A stretch of DNA of 64,000 nt from Candidatus Wirthbacteria bacterium (GTDB lineage: Bacteria > Patescibacteriota > CG2-30-54-11), in the NCBI GenBank assembly GCA_903889905.1, contig CAISZI010000047.1:80096-144095 (forward strand), read 5' to 3'. The translations under genes were made by a program, and so were the position numbers. The notes below the pieces were generated by a model. It saw only the letters and a list, made by a program, of their open reading frames with translations. It was not told the DNA's origin and did no database searches. How positions within the stretch are numbered: position 1 is the first letter of the stretch; every line of letters starts with the position of its first letter. Positions 37,318 through 46,300 of this stretch are shown piece by piece.

Positions 37318-40300
37318 TTACTTGACGGAAGATTTTCGTTTTTTGAGGACGAGGAACAAGCCATAGGCAGCAATCACGGCAAGCACGATCAGGATGACCA
37401 CGCTGAGGTTGGTACCCGTACCAGCCAGGACTGAGACAAAGGGAGCGGTCGTGGTGGCGCTCAGGACCTGAGGTACCGTCACCATGACGGTCGCAGAAGC
37501 ACTCGCCGTCCAGCTGCCAGAAGTCGCCGTGGCAATGTTGGTGTAGTAACCAGCCAGGTTGGCTGACTTGGTCTGATAGGTGACAATGATGTTGTGACCA
37601 GCGGCAAGGTTGAGGCCTGACCAGGTGATGCTACTGGCGGTTGTGTTGACCTGGGGCTCAGCAGCGGTACCGGCGACGTTGGCAGAACCGGCAACATAGG
37701 CAAATCCAGGTGGAAGAATATCTTGCAGAGTGAAAGTAATTGCGGCATTACCATTATTGCTGACAGAAACCGTATAGCTGACATTGTTGCCATGGACAAC
37801 GGTTGTCACATTGGCGGCTTTACTGATCAAGAGCGGATTGGGTGTCGGTTGCGTCGGTGGTGTCACAACGGTCACGGTCGCATGGGCTGTATCGAAGGGA
37901 CTCCCCTGAATGTCGGTGAGCGAAGCCAGGTTGGTATAGGAACCGGCTGCCGCGGGAGCCAAAGTTGTGTATGTAACAATGGCAGTGGTATTGGCGGCCA
38001 GATTAACTCCTTGCCAGACCAGGTAAACTCTACCATTAACGGTTGACTGCTGGGGAACGGCGGCTTGTCCGTTGATCTGCGCCTGACCGGCATAAGTGAA
38101 GCCAGCGGGCAAAAGATCAGTGATGAACAGATTGGTGGCATTTTGGGCAGTGGAATTTTTGAGCGTCAAGGTGTAAGTGATGACCCGGTTGGTGTCGCTA
38201 TCCGTGCTGTTAACCTGGGTTGGGCTGGCCACTTTGGTCAGGGACAGGTTAATCAGTTTGACGGTCGTGGTGTCACCATAAGTGTTGGTCATGGTGAGAT
38301 CACCATTGGCTGGCCAGGTGCTGAAGTCTTTGACAGTAACTTCGAAGCGACGGGTAACCGTGGCATTGGCGGCAAGGTCGGCAGCGGCCCAGCTGATCTT
38401 TTCGATCACACCATCTTGATTGACATCGGTCGTTGTGAAGGCAGGATCGGTGGTGACGACTTTGCTAAAGTTGCCGGCATAACGCGTCAGATTGGAGACA
38501 TCATCGGTAAAGACAAAGCCAGGAGCAACGTTGCTGCTGTGATTGATGGCAGTCAGGGTATAGACGAGCTGATCACCGGCGCGCAGGGCGCGATTCACGG
38601 CTCCCCCATCAACGAATGAGACAGCTTTATGCAATTCAATGGAACCAACTGGAACCTGGGTCTGGTTTCCAAAAACGTTGCTCATGATGAAGTTGCCGGT
38701 GGTGGGCAGCGGATTTTTGACCTGGACCTGGAAGGTGCGAGACGCTGAACTTCCGGCATTGATTGTGCCGATCGTGGGCCAGACCACGGAATTATTGACC
38801 AGAGTACCACCGTCGGAAGCGGTTTTGAAGTCGGCATAGGTCAGCACATTGCTGATCTCATCCATGAATTTGTAATTGACGGCTGTGCCATCACCTGAGT
38901 TGCTGACTTTAAGGGTGTAGGTAACGATATCGCCAGCCTGGGCTGTGCTCGATTGGGCATCTTTGTTCTGTGTGGTGTTGAAAGCGGATTTGGACAGGAC
39001 CAGATTGCTCAGCGGGACATGGATGGTGATGGTTGTTTCACCATGATATTCCTGATTCTGAAAGGTGAAGGAAGCGACGTTTTTGACCAGATCGCCTTCT
39101 TTGAACCCATCGGCTTTGAGCACGGCATCCAGCGTAAAGACTTCGGCATTGTTTTCGGAGGTGCCGGCTTTGACGGTGATTTGCTGAGTCTGATAGTCAG
39201 TGCCAATGTATTTGGTACCATTATTGTCAGCATCCTGATTGAGTACGCCGATTGAAGCATACTGGGTGGCGTCAAGCACATCATTGACTGTAAGCGACAA
39301 GTCGCCGTTGCCCTCGTTCCAGACCAGGACTTTGTATTCAACCGTAGCGCCGGGGATGGCATTGACTTTGTCAAAGAAATTTTTGCCATCGAGGCTGACG
39401 TATTTCTTGATCGCGGGTTTGGGTGACAGGACAACGTTGACTTTGACGATGTTGCTGGGGACATTATTGGCCCAAACCTGGTTGGTGAGGCTCATGGAAT
39501 TGCCGGGGAACGGCGATTTGACCACCGCCTGAATGGTGAAGGATTCAGTCTGACCGACATCGAGGTTGGTGAGGGTCATGTTGTCCCAGCTGCCCACAAA
39601 CGCTTTGCCATCGGCATCGCTGTCGGCGTTATTCACGCCAATGTTGGTGAAGTAGGTGTCGCGGCCCTGCAGGGTGTCGGTGACGTTAACGGAAGGAATG
39701 GCGACATAACCATTGTTGATAACTTCAATTTTGTACTGGAGTTGATCGCCAGGAGCGGCAGTTACATTGTCCACCACCCAACCGGAATTGGTAGTGAGAT
39801 TGCGGACATATTTGGTGACCTGCAGGCTGGGGGTCAGGCTGACTTTGACCACGGCTTTGTCTTCGGCCAGCACATTGAGGGTACGGGTCTGCAAAGCGCG
39901 GGCAATGTTTTCGTTGCTGGTTTCGTTTTGATAGAAACTGGGACGGATCTGTGCTTCGATCAAGTAGGTGCAACCCGTGCACATATTGGCAGGATTGGTG
40001 GCGTCAGAACTACCGGCTGGCACAAGAAGCCCCTGAACAAGCGCGATGGTGCTGTCATGATAGGTGGAAGCAAAGTAGGTGGCAGTCAGCACGTCGCCAG
40101 TATTGGTGTGTTTGTAGACTTTGAGCTGATCATAGATGCGTTGGGGTGAGGTGAAGTCAACCACGTCGGACAGGTTCACGGTTTCGCCCAGCTGGCCGGG
40201 ATTGGAAACCACGACGCGATAGGTGACCCAGGTGTCGTTGGACGTGTGATCCAGAAGCAAAGTTTTGGTCCAGGCATTGCCGGAAGCAATCTTGCCTTCT

Positions 40301-43300
40301 TTGACATCTTTGGTGATCTGGACGTTGGCCGCTTTGACAGCATTGACGTTCACGATCGCGGTCGACGTATCCTGGAGTTCGGCACCGATCAAGACTTGGG
40401 CCGTATTGGTGAACTGCGTGTCAGTTTTGACCGAGGGTGCTTTGGCGCCAATGGAAATGATGATTGATCCACCTTTGACCAATTTGAAGCCGTCATTGTT
40501 GTTGGGCCAGACATAGGTGGTGCTGTTGTAGGAACTGTTGTAACTGCTTACCGGGGTCATCAATAACTGGCTGGTGACATTGCCGCTGCCGTCTTTGATG
40601 GTGATTTCGGCGCGTTTCACTACTTGTGAGTTACCAATCTGTTCCATCATTGCGGTGAAGCCAGGTGGCAGGACATCTTTGACAAAGACGTTGGTCTCGT
40701 CGCGTCCGCCATTGTTATTCACTTTGATTGTCCAATCGGTTTCGCTCAAACTTTCAACGGTCTGGTTGCTGGGCGATTTGAGGATGCTGAGGGAAGTGGT
40801 GGGTAGCGGTTCTACCATAACCGTGGCTTCGGCAATATTGCTTTGTCCGCCAATGAATTTGGCCTGGGCACGATTGATGTAGGACGTTGCGACGGTTGGA
40901 TTGACGTTAACGAGGGCGTTGAAGACGATCTGGATCTGCTGGGACTGATTGGGTGCCAGGTTGATGGCATGGCCATAATTGTCCTTGGTCCACCAGAGTT
41001 CAACGGTCTTGGCGGGATCAAGTGCGGTGCAGCTGTATGACTGGTTGACTTTGTCCCAGGCGCAGGGGCCGGTAGGGTGTTGCTGCGTGATGCCAGAGGT
41101 AACACCTGCATAGGTAAACAAGGGGCCACTCGCGTCCTGTGGCAAGAAGTCGACGATGGCGACGTTATTGGCTGTGTGATTACCGTAGTTGGTGGCGGTG
41201 ATGGTGAATTTGATCTGTTGACCAAAACTGGTGGTCTGGGAATCAACAACTTTGGTAACCCGCACATCAGGTGAAACAATTTTGACCGTGATGGTATCGC
41301 CATAAGTGTTGGTCATAGTGTTGTCATGGTTGGTCTGGATATCGCCAGCTTTGACATAAAAGATGTAGCTGATCGTCTGACCGGGAGCAATATCAGGATT
41401 GTTGCCTTTGACCAGGGTGAGCTCCGAGCCGCTGCCCTGGATTACGCCTTCGCCCAGTTTGACGTTTTCGCTTTCGGTCCAGGGGCTGTTCACGTCATCC
41501 ATGACCTGGGAAATATTGTCGCTGAAGATAAAGCCGTGCATGGGTGCGCTGCCGGTATTGGTGGCGGTCAAGGTGTACTTGATCCAGTCGCCGGGATTGG
41601 CGGGGTTGGTTTCAGGATCCATTTCACGATCGGGTGTTTCGATCCAGGCATATTTGTGGAGCACAATATTGGGATTGGCGTTGATATTGAGCACCGCACT
41701 GGATTGTTTGACTTTGCTGCCATAGGCGACCTGGGCCATGTTGTTGACAATGGTCGTGCCGGACTGGAGCATATCGGCTTTGACTTTGGCCGTCAGGGTA
41801 TAAGTAATGCTGGAACCAGGCGCAAAGTTCACGTTACCCGTGCTGCTCAAAACAATCGGATTCGGGATTGGCTGGGTGTAGGTGTGGGTGTAGTTATTGG
41901 GACCGCTTACGGTGATGGAATCAAACACCGAGACATCGGGGTTGCCATTGATGGACATGAGGTCGGTAACAGCGCCCGTTTCGGGTGCGGTGCCAGAGTT
42001 ACCCACCTTGATCTGGTAGTAAGCGGTGTCGCCAGCTGAGACGAGAGCGCTGCCGCTATTCGTGCTCCAGCTCGGGCTGCTGCTGACGAATTTATTGATC
42101 CACATGTCAGAATCGACAACGATGTCACTGTCCACGGCGTGGTTGTTGGCGGGATTGACATCACGGGGAGAGGCATTGATGACATCGGCCAGATTGTCGA
42201 TGGAAGTTCCGGCCGTGACAGAAGATTTGAGTTTGATCGTGACTTGTGCAGTTGCGGTCTGGCCCAAAGGCAGATCAAAGGCTGACCAGAGGATCTGGCC
42301 GTTGGTATTGCTGACTACAGGATAAGAATGCGTCCCCAATGTAATGCTGGTAGCAGTCGCTGTATCCAGAAGGGAAGCGGCAGGAAGTGTGTCGGTCAGG
42401 ACAACGCCCAGGGCGGTCGTGGTACCATTGGAACCATCGTTGGTGATCGCAAGGGTATAAGTCGTGCTCGCGCCGGGAAGCAATGTCGTGACGCCGTCGT
42501 CTTTGGTGACTTTGACGTCCACGCGGGGCGAACTGACATAAACCACGGCGCTGGAGGAGCCAATCAATTTATCGTTGATCGATGCCGTAGCGGTATTGGT
42601 GTAACCAGTCGTCAAACTTTCGGCAATCGCGGCAGGAACATTAACCGGATAATTAATCGTCAGGGATGAACCAGCGGGCAGAAAGGAAGGAGTGCCGCAA
42701 GTCCAGGTGACGCTCTGGCCGCTCACGTTGGTGGCGCAGATCACGGTGGTGCTGCCGACTTTGGCAACGGTGCTGCCATCCACATAACTAAAGACATGGC
42801 CATTGCTGTCCTGGGGCAGGTTGTCGGTGACGATAACCTTGTCGCCGGCAACGTTGCTGGTGCTGTTGTTGGTCACGGTCACAGAGTAGTTCAAGACTTT
42901 GGCGTGGACGGTATCGGTATCCATCTGATAGCTGCTCGTTCCCTCTACAAGCTTGTTGATCTTGCCGGAAAGGCGAGTACCCACGTCAACCCAGGCACAG
43001 CTGACACCAGGGATCGCGTGAACATCACTGCCGTCTATAACCACCGTCGAGGCACAGTTCTGAAGACCATGACTGCCCGTTCCTGGTGGCTGGCTGGCGC
43101 TTACCTTGGTGCCGAAATAAAAAGTTACATTATGCCCGCTGAAATTGCTCGGTTGCACTACCCATTCCACCGTCGTGTCATGTTTAACCGTTTCCGCTAA
43201 ACTCACACCCGATGTCACAATTTGTCCCAAACCGCCATAGCTTGTGTTGGCTGGTAAAAGATCCGAAATCAATAAGCCGCCGAGTCCGACGGAACCTATT

Positions 43301-46300
43301 TCGGTAACACTAATCTTCCAGATCGCGTTATCACCAGGCATGACCAACGGATTAACTGCTGTTTTGGTAATCACGATATCCCGTACCGGGACATTAACGG
43401 TCTTGCCCTGAAACGAATTGGTCATCACATAGTTTGACGTACAATTCAGGCCGGCGCCAACCCCAGTGCTGATGGAACAAACTGGCCAGGTATCGGATGT
43501 GTTGATCACGACCACGAAGGATTCGGTAATCGTCTGTCCGGCGGGTATGGTTTTGGTTCCCCAACTGATCGTATTGCCATTAACGGTGCCATTATCCGAA
43601 ATTGACAATATGTGCGCGAATTGGAGAACACCGCCAATGTCGTCACTGAAGACAAAATTGGGATAATCTGCTTTACCTGTGGTCTCGGTGACGGTTAAGG
43701 TGTACTGCACCGGATAATAGGGATAAAGCGGATGATCTGCGCCGGCGATAATGGTTGAATTGGGCAGTGTTGCCGTTTTGTTAAAGCTGAGGTTGGGAAC
43801 GAAGTGGCTGACATAAACCACAGCGCTGGCTGAACCAACGGATTTGGTGACAGTGGAAGTACTGATCGTTGCCGTGGCGGTATTGGTGTAGCCAACTGTC
43901 AGGTTATTGGCAATCGCGGCAGGCACGCTGACCTGATAATTAATCGTCAGGGTAGCTCCAGCGGGCAGAAAAGAAGGAGTTCCGCAAGTCCAGGTGACGC
44001 TCTGGCCGCTCACGTTGGTGGCGCAGATCACGGTGGTGCTGCCGACTTTGGCAACGGTGCTGCCATCCACATAACTGAAGACCTGGCCATTGCTGTCCTG
44101 GGGCAGGTTGTCGGTGACGATAACTTTGTCGCCGGCAACGTTGCTGCTGCTGTTGTTGGTCACGGTCACGGCATAGTTCAACACTTTGGCGTGGACAGTG
44201 TCCATTTCTATCTGATCACTGCTCTGGCCTTCAACTTGCTTGGTTATGTTTCCTGTCAATCTGGTGCCAACGCCCACTTTGGCGCAGCTTTGGTTGGAGG
44301 TATAGCCATCGTCCGCAACCACGGCGCAGTTCTGGAGGCCGTTCGTCTGCACCACGGGAGGCTGACTGGCATTCACTTTGGTGGCAAAGAAGAAACTAAC
44401 GCTCTGCCCGCTGTAGGTGCTCGGCGCAACCGTCCAGGTGACGGTGTTGTGGGCGGCATCCAGGGATTCACTCAGTGAAATATTGGGTGTCACAATCTGA
44501 CCGAGCATGGCATAAGTCGTGCCAACGGGGAAAGTATCTTTGATCTGCGCGCCGCCCATGCCCATATTTCCGATTTCTGTGGCGGTGATTTTCCAGATGG
44601 CGTTGTCGCCAGACAGGACCGTGGGGTTGACCACGGTTTTGACAATGACCAGGTCACGCAGTGGCACATTGACTGTGACACCGTGGAAATTATTGGTCAT
44701 GACAAAACTGGAGGTGCAGCTCGTGCCGCAACCAACCCAGGTATTGGAAGGATTGACAACGACTTTGAATGTTTCGGTCATGGTCTGACCAGCCGTAATC
44801 GTGCCGCTGCCCCAGCTGATTGTGGTTCCAGCCACAGTGCCGGTCGGTGAAATGGCGGTTACGTTGGCGTATTTGAGGATATTGCTGATGTCATCGCTAA
44901 AGTCAAAGTTGGAATAATCCGCCTTACCTGTGGTTTCGCTCACGGTCAAGGTATAGAGCACGGTGTCGCCGGGGTAAGCGGGATGCAAGGCATCGGGTGT
45001 ACCGGTTTTGCCACCCGCAAATTGCGCTGTTTTGTTAAAGCTGAGGCTGGGGACGTAGTGATTGACATAAACATTGGCCGAATCCGTGGCGGTTTTGGTG
45101 ATGGAAGCGTAGCTGCCAGTGGCGGTCACAATGTTGTAAATGTCGGCGGTGACATTGAGTTTGACTTTGGTATAAGACTTGAAAGCACCATTGGTCAGAT
45201 TAAAAGTCGGAGCACTGTCAAGGTTGCCCAACTGGTCGTCAATAACGGAAACATTTGTCAGGGGTACGTTCCCGTTATTGGTAACTGTGTAACAATAGGT
45301 GACGGCTGTGCCGGAATCCACATGAACTTGTTTGACGAGTTGGCCATTTGCATCCAGTGGGCAGGAGGAAACACTACCCACGGCCACAGTTTTGACCACT
45401 GTGATCGAGGGTGCCGGGGAAACGGTGACACAGACAAAGGCTTTGTCAGTCGCCGACAAATTGCGGGCATTGCTTGTGCCAGGAATGGTAAAGGTGGTGG
45501 TGGCGGTGACAACGTTTTTGATCACCTGAGGACTCACGTTCATGGTCTGCGATTTGCTCAAGGGCTGGCTGGCACCTGCGGCAAGGGAGGCGATGGTGCC
45601 GATATTGCCCAGTTTGTCATCGTTCACCAGGACGTTGGTCAGGGTGACGTTGCCAGGATTGGTGACCTGATAGCAGTAAGTGACGGTTGAACCTTGAATG
45701 ATATTAAACGGATTATTGACGTCAGTCGCTATGCCAGGGCACTGGCCATTGTTGGAAACGGTTTTGACGATCGAAAGCTGAGGATTATCAACAATGATAC
45801 TGGCCGAAGCAGTCACTGTGCCATTGTTGTCGGCAACAGCAGTCGCGGTATTGGTGTAGGAATCGTTGTGCGTTGCGCCGGCGGTGCTTGCATTACCGGT
45901 TACGGTCACGGTACGGCTGCTATTGGGATTAACGTCGCCGAAGTTGCAGCTGATCGCATTACCCGTGCCCGAACAGGCGCCAGAATAGTTTGTGTTCGTA
46001 AACTGGCTGGGAATCGTGTCGGTCAAAACCACGTTATGGGCCAACCCCAGACCATTATTGGTGAGGGTGATTGTAAACTGGATGGCGTCGTTCAAGAAAA
46101 CTTCAGGAGTCGAAGTCGTTTTGGTAATGGCGAGAATAGGAATCAAGACGTGAACATTGGCGGTAGCTTGAATTTCACTGACCTGGTCAGCATGGGTTCT
46201 GGCAACGTTGGTGGAATCCTGTGCAACGCTGGCTTTACCTGTAACCGTGATGGTATGGCTGGTTCCGGCATTCATACTACCAAAATTGCAAATCACTGAA